IMG/VR virus record: IMGVR_UViG_3300016644_000052
Location: 1-64,000 of that record
Length of the DNA: 64,000 bases
Reading direction: 5' to 3' (one strand)
DNA from: a virus
The position numbers and the translations under genes were made by a program. The notes below the pieces were generated by a model. It was given only the letters and a program-made list of their open reading frames with translations. It ran no database searches and had not been told where the DNA came from. This document shows positions 18,904-27,354 of this stretch, piece by piece (the first letter of the stretch is position 1; the number at the start of each line of letters is the position of its first letter).

Positions 18904-19595
18904 CCATTCCTGGCAAAGCGGTTAGAACTGGTGCTGACGGACTCGATGACGAGATCTCGATCGATCACCTCGGAAACGATGGCTTCGTAGCGAGTCATGT
19001 GTTCCATGGCTTTGGCAGCTGACTCCTGGGTGTTCATATGGCTGAACACGAAGTAGGAAATCAAAGCGGTGAGGGCTTCTTCGAGAACTTCCGGGATCTC
19101 GATGACCTGGCTCGGAGTGTTGTAGTTAAGCGGAGCGTGGCGAGCCTGATAAGATACACCCAGCGGTGCGCCATCGACAGGATGCGAGAGCTGCAACACA
19201 TCCGGCTGCGGAATAAAGACCGAGAGCGGATCATCAAGATCGTTGATTGGCAGCTCCACTCCGTTCTGGTCATAAACAGAGGTGATACGGATCACATCGT
19301 TGTCGAACAGGTTATCGGCTGTATCCTGGATATAGCTGTAATAACCAGCCACCGGATTGGTGACCGAATGCTTCTTGTCCAGGCGATAGAGCGTCACGTT
19401 CTCCATCTGCGTGATAAGCAGTGAGTTTTCTTTCAGCAGCATCCGTGAAAATATTCGCAGCAAGGCGGTATTGGCATAATGAATAATGCGCGGACGCTTA
19501 GCCGCGACAATGGTGCCGCTTCCTTCATCACTAATAGAGAGATTAGACAGCTCCCCATAAGAAAGCTTCTCAAAGAGATTGTTGATGTCCATCAT
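18894..19595 (-). CDS. virion structural protein (tail/adaptor-associated)
   Basis: 233-aa ORF between the terminase and tail fibre genes on the same strand. Confidence 0.5.
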   Translation of the reverse strand: MMDINNLFEKLSYGELSNLSISDEGSGTIVAAKRPRIIHYANTALLRIFSRMLLKENSLLITQMENVTLYRLDKKHSVTNPVAGYYSYIQDTADNLFDNDVIRITSVYDQNGVELPINDLDDPLSVFIPQPDVLQLSHPVDGAPLGVSYQARHAPLNYNTPSQVIEIPEVLEEALTALISYFVFSHMNTQESAAKAMEHMTRYEAIVSEVIDRDLVIESVSTSSNRFARNGWV

Positions 19596-19620
19596 GGCCC
19601 CACTTCGCTCAGTGTGGTTT

Positions 19621-21234
19621 CTACACGATGTAAGAGGACAGGCCCCCGCTATTCATCTCTTGTTCCTCTTCTTCCCACAATTCTACTTCGTGAGGGGTAG
19701 TTGCTGGGGTATCTGATGGCTTCCACGGTTTGAGATAACCCAGCATCGAGATCGTATCGATGCAGTCATCTTTGCCTTTGATCCCGGACTGGGTGACCAG
19801 TCGGAGCTGGCCCATGAAGTGGCCCATGATCTGGCTCGTCTTGAGTTCCTGCGGAAAGTAGAATTTGCCGGCCTTGAACCAGGGAAGAACCAGATTGAAG
19901 CGGGTCAGCTTGTCGACCGTCGGGCGAATGCCTGGGCTGCCGCTCTTTTCGGACGAGGCGAAGTTGAACCAGATGTTCCGGTTCATCATCTCCTGCTGGA
20001 GCCAAGAGATGAATGCACCTTGCTGCCCAGTGACTTCCACCCCGACAGCTTGCGGTCTGTATTCCTGGACTAGACGGAACAGATCGTTGACCGACTTGTC
20101 CATGGTCTGGCGTTCGCACACCCCGTCGACCCAGAACCAATCGCCGTTGGCGTTATAGGCCCAGACTGAGATCACCGAGAAGTCAGCAGTCTGCTTCTTC
20201 GAGGTGGCAAAATCAGTGGTGATGTAGAAGTTAAAGGCGTGTTTGTTTTGAAGCAGGCGGGTGCGCTCGTACCAGCGGATCTCGGCGTCCTGGACCAGGC
20301 GCTCTTCTTCGGAGGTAATGCGCAGCATCAGCTCCTGCATGAAGGCAGCAACCTTGCCGGTGAGCACCGCCTTTTCATACTGCTCTCGCACGAACTTGTA
20401 GGTAAAGCGGTCCGGCCAGGCGCCTTCGAACTCTTCTTCCGAGCAAGGAAAGCGCTCGCATACCGGCCAGACGTTTACGTCCCAGGCGCCTGATTCCACC
20501 GCTTCAATCAGGATGTCTTCCTTGTTGAAGGGCGTACCGTTGAAGATCACCTTGCGCCGGGTCGGATCGAGCGCGTAGTCGACACCCTTATAAACCGTGT
20601 CCTTGATCGCCTGCATGTTGGCCTTGGACTTTGAATCATCGTCGCTGACCAAGTCGTCCATCACGCAGATGGTTGGACGTTTTCCAAACACCTTAGTACC
20701 ACGTAATCCGGTCTTCGCGCCGAATAGCTTTATACCGACGTGATGACCTTCTTGGTTCACGAACTCGATATAGTTGTCAGTGAACTTAGCTTCTGGAATC
20801 CATTCCTGGAGAAATGGGCTGTTGTAGTAGCGAAACTCGATGTTCTTGCGAAGCGACTTGACCCCGTTGTCCATCGAATCCGAGACGTAGATGCAGCCTG
20901 ATACTTCCCCAAAGTTAGGAAGGTAACCGAACACTCCAAGGAACAGGAAGAAGTATTCACCAAAGATACTGGTCTTCCCTGCCCCGCGAAAGCATAGGTT
21001 GGCAACGTAATTGGTGGGCTGCGCCACCTTGTCGAGCATCTTGAGGTGAACCGGAGGCGTCTTGTGCGATTCCCCGGCCTGACCATTACACAGTTTGATG
21101 AAATTCATGAAGGTCAGGGCGAACTCACTAGGAACATAGTTCCCTGAGTTCAGCCCTTTATAATCAACCCGGTCTAGCCACTCGTCCAGCTCAAGCTTGA
21201 TTACTTCCCCCGACATCAACGTACTCCGCGTCAT
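19621..21234 (-). CDS. terL: terminase large subunit (N4 gp68-like)
   Basis: Walker A-like CFRGAGKTS, Walker B-like ICVMDDLVSDDD, and a nuclease domain with FYITTDFATS..DFSVISVW. Confidence 0.85.
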   Translation of the reverse strand: MTRSTLMSGEVIKLELDEWLDRVDYKGLNSGNYVPSEFALTFMNFIKLCNGQAGESHKTPPVHLKMLDKVAQPTNYVANLCFRGAGKTSIFGEYFFLFLGVFGYLPNFGEVSGCIYVSDSMDNGVKSLRKNIEFRYYNSPFLQEWIPEAKFTDNYIEFVNQEGHHVGIKLFGAKTGLRGTKVFGKRPTICVMDDLVSDDDSKSKANMQAIKDTVYKGVDYALDPTRRKVIFNGTPFNKEDILIEAVESGAWDVNVWPVCERFPCSEEEFEGAWPDRFTYKFVREQYEKAVLTGKVAAFMQELMLRITSEEERLVQDAEIRWYERTRLLQNKHAFNFYITTDFATSKKQTADFSVISVWAYNANGDWFWVDGVCERQTMDKSVNDLFRLVQEYRPQAVGVEVTGQQGAFISWLQQEMMNRNIWFNFASSEKSGSPGIRPTVDKLTRFNLVLPWFKAGKFYFPQELKTSQIMGHFMGQLRLVTQSGIKGKDDCIDTISMLGYLKPWKPSDTPATTPHEVELWEEEEQEMNSGGLSSYIV

Positions 21235-21886
21235 AGATCGGGGATGCTGCGATTTCGCGCGTAGTAACCCCGCTTTCTATAGCCTTCTGTTGCTGTTGGG
21301 CGACTTTTACTAGAGTGTCCTTCAGCTCTTTCATGCCAGAACTGTCGGTAACCTCCATGCGAATGTCGAGACCTTTGGCTTCGGGCCGCTTAAGGTGAGT
21401 GAGCAGGCTGTTGGCTGCCTCGGTCCTGACCTTCTCGCTCGATGCTGTGATCATCAGCTCAGCCTGGACGTTGATCGCTTTCTGGAAGAGGTCCTGATTT
21501 AAGACCCAGGTCGGGACCAGGGTCTGCTCCATGATCAAGTTGACCAGCTTACCCTTGTGGTAGGCCGAGACGTAGGCAGAGATCTCTTTCTTGCTGGCGC
21601 CTTTGGCGAGCAGCTGCTGATGCCGGGCAGGGAAGGTCCGAGCATAGGCTTCCTCATTGTTATACCCCATCAGCTTGAAGCTGACATAGGTGACCGCGTG
21701 GAGGTAGTCTTCGGTCTTGAACTTCCCGTCCTTGAGGACAGCGGCATAAGAAATGAAGTTGTCGCGGACCTGTTCGGCCACGATCGGATCAGCAACGATG
21801 TTGTTGATCTTGTCGGTCAGCTCCTGGGTCGCAGCGCTACGCAGCGTGGCGGGCAGGGCTTGCTTAACGTCTTGAACTGAAAGCAC
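21191..21886 (-). CDS. conserved late protein, possible small terminase
   Basis: 231-aa ORF directly upstream of terL and overlapping it. Function inferred from position only. Confidence 0.4.
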   Translation of the reverse strand: MLSVQDVKQALPATLRSAATQELTDKINNIVADPIVAEQVRDNFISYAAVLKDGKFKTEDYLHAVTYVSFKLMGYNNEEAYARTFPARHQQLLAKGASKKEISAYVSAYHKGKLVNLIMEQTLVPTWVLNQDLFQKAINVQAELMITASSEKVRTEAANSLLTHLKRPEAKGLDIRMEVTDSSGMKELKDTLVKVAQQQQKAIESGVTTREIAASPIYDAEYVDVGGSNQA

Positions 21887-22048
21887 GGCTTACCTCGATC
21901 TATCTGGGATTGCACTTGGAGCCAAACAGGTCATACTCACCCGTATCGCCGCAGCGTTTCTGGGTTTTCCGTTGCTGTGAACCAATGGGATAGACCGGGG
22001 CCAGGCTGGTCACCGTGCTGCTAGGCAGCGGCCCCGGTCTTCCTCATC

Positions 22049-22714
22049 TTACTTGGCCATCATTTCGTAGGATTGGTGGAACACGGCTGCCGGCGACCAG
22101 GACACGTAGCCAGCGATGCCGCGGACATTGCCTTCCTGATAGTCGGCATATTCGACCATGTAGCCCGCATCGTTGCCGTTCTCGTCTTCCGGCACCTTCC
22201 ACCCGCGAAACTCATTGTACTCGCGGCGGGACATCGGCACGGCATGGACCACCTTGGTTCCCACGTAGGTCCGGGCCGAAGGAAGGCTGGCAGGCAGAGC
22301 GTCGTCGCACATCTTCAGCTTGGTACGCAGCTCATAGCCGAGCAGCCCCCAGACCTTGGACCGGGCATCTTCACGGGCCAGGCGCTTGCCGATCTCCCAG
22401 TTGAAGTTGGCCGGATCGGCGCAGGCACTCTGTCCAGTGACGGTGAATCCGTTTTCCAGAACCAGAACACAGAACGTCAGGAGTCCCAGGCTTTCCGGGA
22501 GATCACGGCGTTCTTCGCGGTGTTCGCCTACTGCCCCTGCCATGCCGGTGAAGTAATGTTCACTGACAATGGCATTCTCGACCTGGGCTTCGGTAACACG
22601 AACACCACGACTACGGTGGATCAGTTCTTCTTCACTGACGGGCATTTGAGACTCCTCGGGGTTTATACATACAGTATCATTACCCGACATCTCCCTTGCC
22701 TTTAGGTTACCCAT
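22049..22714 (-). CDS. N4 Gp49 / Sf6 Gp66 family protein
   Basis: CVLVLENGFTVTGQSACADPANFNWEIGKRLAREDA and GYMVEYADY..GYVSWSPAAVFHQSY resemble the signatures of that family. Confidence 0.6.
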   Translation of the reverse strand: MGNLKAREMSGNDTVCINPEESQMPVSEEELIHRSRGVRVTEAQVENAIVSEHYFTGMAGAVGEHREERRDLPESLGLLTFCVLVLENGFTVTGQSACADPANFNWEIGKRLAREDARSKVWGLLGYELRTKLKMCDDALPASLPSARTYVGTKVVHAVPMSRREYNEFRGWKVPEDENGNDAGYMVEYADYQEGNVRGIAGYVSWSPAAVFHQSYEMMAK

Positions 22715-22763
22715 AGAACTTATCCACCGTCAATACTTATGTTCATTTTGGTTCTATTTAGAT

Positions 22764-23297
22764 TCAGAGCAGAACCATCCAGTCTTCCGCCAGGAGATCG
22801 GTCTGGCTGGCAGTCCAGGGGACCAGGCAGTCATCGACGGTCTTGATGGCGATGTAGGGGAGGGGGGTGAGGTCATCGTCGGCCACCCCGATCCAGGCGT
22901 TACGCTCCGGGTCGATCGCCACTAGGTACTGGTTCTTGCCGTTCCAGCCCCCTCGGGTCAGCATGTAGCCTTCCTTGAGGAAGCGCAAAGCGTAGGAGAA
23001 GTCGAAGCTCTGGGCGTCAAAGGGACGCAGCTCGCCGTCTTCCATTTCCTCGACCACAGTCTCGTCGTAGCCATTGGCACGCAGGACCGTCTCAATTGCT
23101 TCCCTGGCAATGTCGCCGTCGGTGTTGAGAGCATGGGCCAGCTGGTCGAGCGCTTCGCTCAGGTCATCAAAGTTGGGCGGGGTAGGGGGCGATGGCTCGT
23201 TCTTGGCTGCCTCTTCGAGCAGGATCCGGTTCATCTGGCAGAGCAGGCAATCGCACTCTGCACCGTCGCCCACATCCGTATTGTTGATCGCACCCAT
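22764..23297 (-). CDS. DUF2829 (Tad2-like) domain protein with an acidic, Cys-containing N-terminal extension
   Basis: C-terminal FDFSYALRFLKEGYMLTRGGWNGKNQYL...PYIAIKT.D..LVPWTASQTDLLAEDWMVL fits the DUF2829 pattern. Confidence 0.65.
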   Translation of the reverse strand: MGAINNTDVGDGAECDCLLCQMNRILLEEAAKNEPSPPTPPNFDDLSEALDQLAHALNTDGDIAREAIETVLRANGYDETVVEEMEDGELRPFDAQSFDFSYALRFLKEGYMLTRGGWNGKNQYLVAIDPERNAWIGVADDDLTPLPYIAIKTVDDCLVPWTASQTDLLAEDWMVLL

Positions 23298-23587
23298 GTC
23301 CGGACCCTTTCTGAAGGAGTATTATGTTCAATCCACCGGTCGGCCCCCCTGCTCTTTCCCTATCGGCCCCCTGGCGGGGGCCTGGGGAACGCGGTGGGCC
23401 TCCCTGTGGTGAGGGGTATGGACAATGATCTTTAGAGGGACTATTGATTTCCTTCAGTTTTCGACACTTTGGCAGTCTCTTCTTCTAAAAGTATAGAGGG
23501 AGGGAAGGCTACTCCTATTGTCTAAACCCCATGTAAACATGGGATTTTATTCCAAAAATAGGAGGAGGAAACTCTCACAGAGTCCTC

Positions 23588-23692
23588 ACTCAGTTGAAGC
23601 GAATCAGACTCCAGTCTGGACTCAGTTCGAACTCTGTCAGACTTTGTTTGGCTTCAACTCCCTCAGACATTCTGTTCAATACAGACTCAGTT
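23588..23692 (+). repeat. three copies of ACTCAGTT
   Basis: Copies at 23588, 23620 and 23685. The palindrome CAGACTCCAGTCTG lies between the first two. Confidence 0.5.
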
Positions 23693-24369
23693 CCCACTCA
23701 CTCCAGGTTGAGCTGGGGCTTCCTTGGCTCCAGTCAGGGTTCTCTTTGGCTCACTCGCCCAGCGAGTTTTCCACGAGGGGAGCAAAGCTAGAGATATCTT
23801 CAGGGTTCTTTGGGGCTTTAGTTCCCCTTAAGATTACACCCAAGACATTCATGGTTCACCGCCTGGTTGGGCGGCGTCAAACCCCAGTGACAGGTGGGGA
23901 CAATAACAGTCACAGCGAGGGGGGCGAACTCCTCCTCAGGTAAGCAGGCTCCGGCTTTCTTATCTGGGTACAGCCTTGAACTCGCAGCGGTACTAGGTCC
24001 GCTTGATCAAAGCCTGGAACGAAGTTCCCTAACAGGGGGGCGGGTCGCAAGGGAAAGGAGAGGTTGAGCAGTGCATGGCTCCCTCTCCTTTTTCTTTTCT
24101 CACGCTGAAGCGCTGGAACCAACGGGATAGACAGCCGGCCAGGCTCTCCCTCCTAGTTATCTCCCTATAGGGACCATTCTCATATAATTTTTGGGACAAG
24201 CCTCACTGGCTCATCTCCTGGATTACTCTGTCCCAGGAACCAAGAGGCTCACCAGGACAAGGTCCCCCCATGCTTATCTCGCTAGGGCAGTGGGGATTTT
24301 TGCTCATGTAGGTTCTGGTGCAGTGTATCTACACCACCACCCACCCCAATATCAGAGTACCCCCCCCGG

Positions 24370-24416
24370 TACACTGGGATACACTGGGTCACCTACCCCC
24401 ACTTCATTACACTGGG
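24370..24416 (+). repeat. three copies of TACACTGGG
   Basis: Copies at 24370, 24380 (10-bp spacing) and 24408. The third runs into the hairpin at 24414-24426. Confidence 0.7.
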
Positions 24417-24440
24417 CCTTCGGCCTGGCGCTTACGCGCC
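24414..24440 (+). promoter_or_regulatory. two adjacent short hairpins, candidate vRNAP-type early promoter or early-region control element
   Basis: GGCC-TTC-GGCC has a 3-nt loop that reads GAA on the template strand. It is followed by GGCGC-TTAC-GCGCC. Both lie about 180 nt upstream of the first early ORF. N4 vRNAP promoters are small hairpins with 3-nt loops. Confidence 0.3.
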
Positions 24441-24621
24441 TTGAGGAGTGAATTGAGCGTTCACTCTGCACGGCGTAGCCCTCTGCTCACAGCCACTCAG
24501 GCCTGTCCTATGCCTTAAGCAAGCATAGCTTCAGTCTCATGGGTAAGTCCCCAACAGCACCACCAGTTGCTGGCTAATACTGGTCCCCTTTCTCTTTCAA
24601 CCTTTTGATAGGAGTCCTCTT

Positions 24622-24807
24622 ATGGCTCAGCTTGGTCATTCCATCCGCACTGAATCGGATGATTACTACGAAGAACTCGCCTCAGAGTTCCGTGAATACA
24701 TGGCTCAGCATGATGCTCATGTCATCACTCGTGGCTTCCACCTTAACAACCTTCGTCTCGTTGCTTCGGGCCGTCAGCCCAATCCTTCCCCTGTTCTCGA
24801 ACTCTAA
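24622..24807 (+). CDS. early hypothetical protein
   Basis: First plus-strand ORF after the non-coding region. AGGAG lies 7 nt upstream of the ATG. Confidence 0.5.
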   Translation: MAQLGHSIRTESDDYYEELASEFREYMAQHDAHVITRGFHLNNLRLVASGRQPNPSPVLEL

Positions 24808-24824
24808 TCTAGGAGATTACTCTC

Positions 24825-25154
24825 ATGGCTTCTCTCAATGCTACCCTTGGCTCCATCTATGGTGCCACCTCGAATGCCGCTAACTCTGTTGGCAAAGTCT
24901 TCGCCGCTACCGGTGAAGGTATCGATATGCTGCATCGCGCTATCAGCGAAGCAAGCAATGCTCAGAACCTGCGTTATGTCATCAACCGTGACAACGTAGA
25001 ACAACGCCTCATTGAAGAATCTGCTGAAGAATGCTCGGAGCGCCAGCTCCGTGTAGATGCATTCTGCAACCAGTCTCAGCGTCATGCTGAACTCTTCAAC
25101 TCCAACTACGCTCGTATCAAAGCGCTAGTGGATGCGTCCAAGAACCGTGTCTAA
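24825..25154 (+). CDS. early hypothetical protein
   Basis: 109-aa ORF with an AGGAG RBS. Confidence 0.55.
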   Translation: MASLNATLGSIYGATSNAANSVGKVFAATGEGIDMLHRAISEASNAQNLRYVINRDNVEQRLIEESAEECSERQLRVDAFCNQSQRHAELFNSNYARIKALVDASKNRV

Positions 25155-25161
25155 CCCTAAA

Positions 25162-25183
25162 GGGTCGGAGGAAACTCCGGCCC
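25162..25183 (+). terminator. stem-loop (GGGTCGGAG-GAAA-CTCCGGCCC) after an early ORF
   Basis: 9-bp stem with one G-T pair and a GNRA-type loop. No U-tract, so its function is uncertain. Confidence 0.3.
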
Positions 25184-25256
25184 TGAGGTTGGGCCGTAGA
25201 TAGGCAAGCCGATAGGCACAGCCACATCTCAACTCACCTCTACTCAAGAGGCCTTC

Positions 25257-25370
25257 ATGCACATCGTCAAAACCTACGTCATGCCCATCCTGATGGGCGT
25301 GATGATCGCTGCTGCTGGCCTCTACATGGTCATGCACCAGTCCACCTGTCGCTACGAGGAGGTCTGCTAA
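25257..25370 (+). CDS. small membrane peptide (37 aa)
   Basis: My own translation gives MHIVKTYVMPILMGVMIAAAGLYMVMHQSTCRYEEVC. Below the track's length cut-off. Confidence 0.4.
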   Translation: MHIVKTYVMPILMGVMIAAAGLYMVMHQSTCRYEEVC

Positions 25371-25498
25371 TGCTGTCTCCTCAACTCTCTAAACTCGTAG
25401 ACCAACTAGTCCGCATACTCCGGGCTGAGGGCTACATCGAAGAGGCAGACCTCATCACTCGTATGCTCAGCCCGCTTATCCCCAAACCCAAGGAGTAA
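25370..25498 (+). CDS. small hypothetical protein (42 aa)
   Basis: The ATG overlaps the preceding TAA (TAATG). My own translation. Confidence 0.35.
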   Translation: MLSPQLSKLVDQLVRILRAEGYIEEADLITRMLSPLIPKPKE

Positions 25499-25503
25499 CA
25501 CTC

Positions 25504-25773
25504 ATGCTTACCCTTAGCCGAACCGTAGTCGAGGCAACCGAACTCGACGGTGTCATCTACCTTTGGGGAGATGGCACTACCTGGTGCTGGGAAGAGGACC
25601 ACAGCGAGTGGGACTATTCCGATATGTCGGACGACTACGCTCGTCTCGATCTCAGCAATCCTTACCACCTTGCCCAAGTTCCAGCGTCGGTCCTCGACGA
25701 TATCCTGGACAACTACGGCACTGATCTCAGCTCCATTCCCTCGCAGTGGAGCCAATGGGAGAACATTTCATGA
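25504..25773 (+). CDS. early hypothetical acidic protein
   Basis: 89-aa track ORF. Confidence 0.5.
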   Translation: MLTLSRTVVEATELDGVIYLWGDGTTWCWEEDHSEWDYSDMSDDYARLDLSNPYHLAQVPASVLDDILDNYGTDLSSIPSQWSQWENIS

Positions 25774-25985
25774 ACGTCCTTACCGAATCCCTGCGTGGAC
25801 TGGTCCATCCGCTCCTCACCATCAGCGTAGCCATGCTCATCATGATCCAACAGGATCCTGAGGGCGGGCTGCTGATCAACAACTTCCACGGCCTTGGTCT
25901 GGCAGTCTTCGTGCTGCTCACTTCGGCCATCGTCCACTGCATCCTGGGCATCCGTGCTCTCAATGACTACGACAACCAACGCTAA
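25770..25985 (+). CDS. early membrane protein
   Basis: ATGA overlap with the upstream stop. Two hydrophobic helices. Confidence 0.5.
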   Translation: MNVLTESLRGLVHPLLTISVAMLIMIQQDPEGGLLINNFHGLGLAVFVLLTSAIVHCILGIRALNDYDNQR

Positions 25986-26127
25986 CTTCTGGGCCGGGTT
26001 TACCCGGTCCCAGATCATCGCCCTGAGGGGCGACAGAGTAGATCACTGCAAGTCATGTGACCGTGTCACTTACCGCGTCGATCGCACTCACAAGAACCAC
26101 TGCAATCACTGCAACTCTGCTCTTTGA
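25963..26127 (+). CDS. small zinc-ribbon-like protein
   Basis: 54 aa with CKSCDRV...CNHC, starting from an internal ATG of track ORF 25894-26127. Confidence 0.4.
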   Translation: MTTTTNANFWAGFTRSQIIALRGDRVDHCKSCDRVTYRVDRTHKNHCNHCNSAL

Positions 26128-26140
26128 GCAACCGTAACAA

Positions 26141-26162
26141 GGGGCGCTTGCGCGCCTTTTGG
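26141..26162 (+). terminator. rho-independent terminator-like hairpin
   Basis: GGCGC-TTGC-GCGCC followed by TTTT. Confidence 0.5.
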
Positions 26163-26245
26163 TGGGTTTCGGCCTGTCCGGCATCTCCCCTTATTCCAAC
26201 GGGTCGGAACCCACACCAACCATCATCATCACAAGGAATCTTACC

Positions 26246-26662
26246 ATGGCAGTTGCCAACACCAAGTCCGCTCCCATCACCTTCGGCCAGCGTTATGCCA
26301 ATGCAGCTGTTCCGCCTCAGGAAAAGCCGAAGGCCGAATTCTGGCTGAACATCGGCTATACCCGCGAGGTCGAAACCGAAGAGGGCATTGACTCCAAGTT
26401 CGTCAGCCTGCCGATCGGCATCCCGCTTGACACGCAGGAACGTGTCAACGCCAACTCGCGTAACAATGACTTCGCTGAATTCCAGTCGGCTCGTAACGAC
26501 CTGCTCGACGAGATCATGGAATTCGCCCGCACTATGGAACCGGGCAAGGATGCGATCCTCAACCTTGAGATCCAGCTGCGCCGGGTCAACGAAGACCGTC
26601 CGTCGGTTCCCTCGACCAGCAACAAGTTCAGCCGCACCGGTCTGTCCTTGGTCAAGGCGTAA
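26246..26662 (+). CDS. early/middle hypothetical protein
   Basis: ATG at 26246 within track ORF 26159-26662. Bracketed by terminator hairpins, which suggests a monocistronic, highly expressed gene. Confidence 0.55.
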   Translation: MAVANTKSAPITFGQRYANAAVPPQEKPKAEFWLNIGYTREVETEEGIDSKFVSLPIGIPLDTQERVNANSRNNDFAEFQSARNDLLDEIMEFARTMEPGKDAILNLEIQLRRVNEDRPSVPSTSNKFSRTGLSLVKA

Positions 26663-26683
26663 ACCGCTAAACTAATCTCCAGT

Positions 26684-26720
26684 GAACCCTGTCACCTCAC
26701 GGTGGCAGGGTTCGTTTTAT
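26684..26720 (+). terminator. rho-independent terminator
   Basis: 13-bp stem GAACCCTGTCACC/GGTGGCAGGGTTC (one G-T pair), loop TCAC, followed by GTTTTA. Confidence 0.6.
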
Positions 26721-26838
26721 CTCTGGATAGATAGACTTCGGTTTTAACTTTCTAAAACCTAACTCAGCCGGATTTGGCAGATGCGATCTAAATCCCATTG
26801 CCCATAAAATCTGACTGATTTCAAACAAGGATCAGGCC

Positions 26839-27351
26839 ATGCAATACTATGCTGGCATCGGATCCAGATCCACTCCACCAGAAGTTTGTAGAACGCTTGG
26901 CAACATTGCCAGGCACCTTGGAGAATCTGGACTCGTCCTGCGTTCAGGCCATGCAGCCGGCGCAGATCAAGCCTTTGAACGCTATGCCTGGGCTATGGAA
27001 ATCTTCCTGCCCTGGAACGGCTTCAACGGCGCCATCGCAGATAACCAGAATTACTTCTGCGAACCTATCACCCACGATTCCGAACGGATTGCCAGGCAGT
27101 TCCATCCGGCCTGGCAGAACTGTTCACCAGCTGCCCGCAAGCTGCACATCCGCAACGTCCACCAGATCCTTGGCCGCAAGCTCGACGAGCCTGTGGACAT
27201 GGTCGTCTGCTGGACACCTGGCGGTTCCGGCTCCGGCGGGACTGGCCAGGCCCTCAGGATAGCCAGCGCCTGGGGCATTCCCACTTTCGATATCGCCAAG
27301 CTCTCTGACCAGGAAGCCTTCTCAGACTTCCTCACCAGCAAAGGACTCTGA
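26839..27351 (+). CDS. DprA/Smf-like SLOG Rossmann-fold protein
   Basis: YAGIGSRSTP....LRSGHAAGADQAFE follows the DprA-type GxGSR...SG.A.G.D pattern. Confidence 0.6.
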   Translation: MQYYAGIGSRSTPPEVCRTLGNIARHLGESGLVLRSGHAAGADQAFERYAWAMEIFLPWNGFNGAIADNQNYFCEPITHDSERIARQFHPAWQNCSPAARKLHIRNVHQILGRKLDEPVDMVVCWTPGGSGSGGTGQALRIASAWGIPTFDIAKLSDQEAFSDFLTSKGL

Positions 27352-27354
27352 TCC

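Larger units (their letters stand above)
23298..24621. other. 1.3 kb non-coding region between the diverging late (-) and early (+) blocks; probable collapsed genome termini plus early control region
   Basis: No credible ORF; track ORFs here lack RBSs and overlap on both strands. Contains many short hairpins and direct repeats. By analogy with N4, the physical ends lie between these two blocks. Confidence 0.6.

Noticed and set aside
24183-24188. TATAAT hexamer as a sigma-70 early promoter.
   Set aside because: There is no acceptable -35 element at 16-18 bp spacing. N4-like early genes are expected to be transcribed by the injected vRNAP.
23518-24518. Several 60-140 aa ORFs on both strands in the 23.3-24.6 kb region.
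   Set aside because: They have no RBSs, overlap one another, give low-complexity products, and start with alternative start codons. The region is better explained as non-coding terminal or regulatory DNA.
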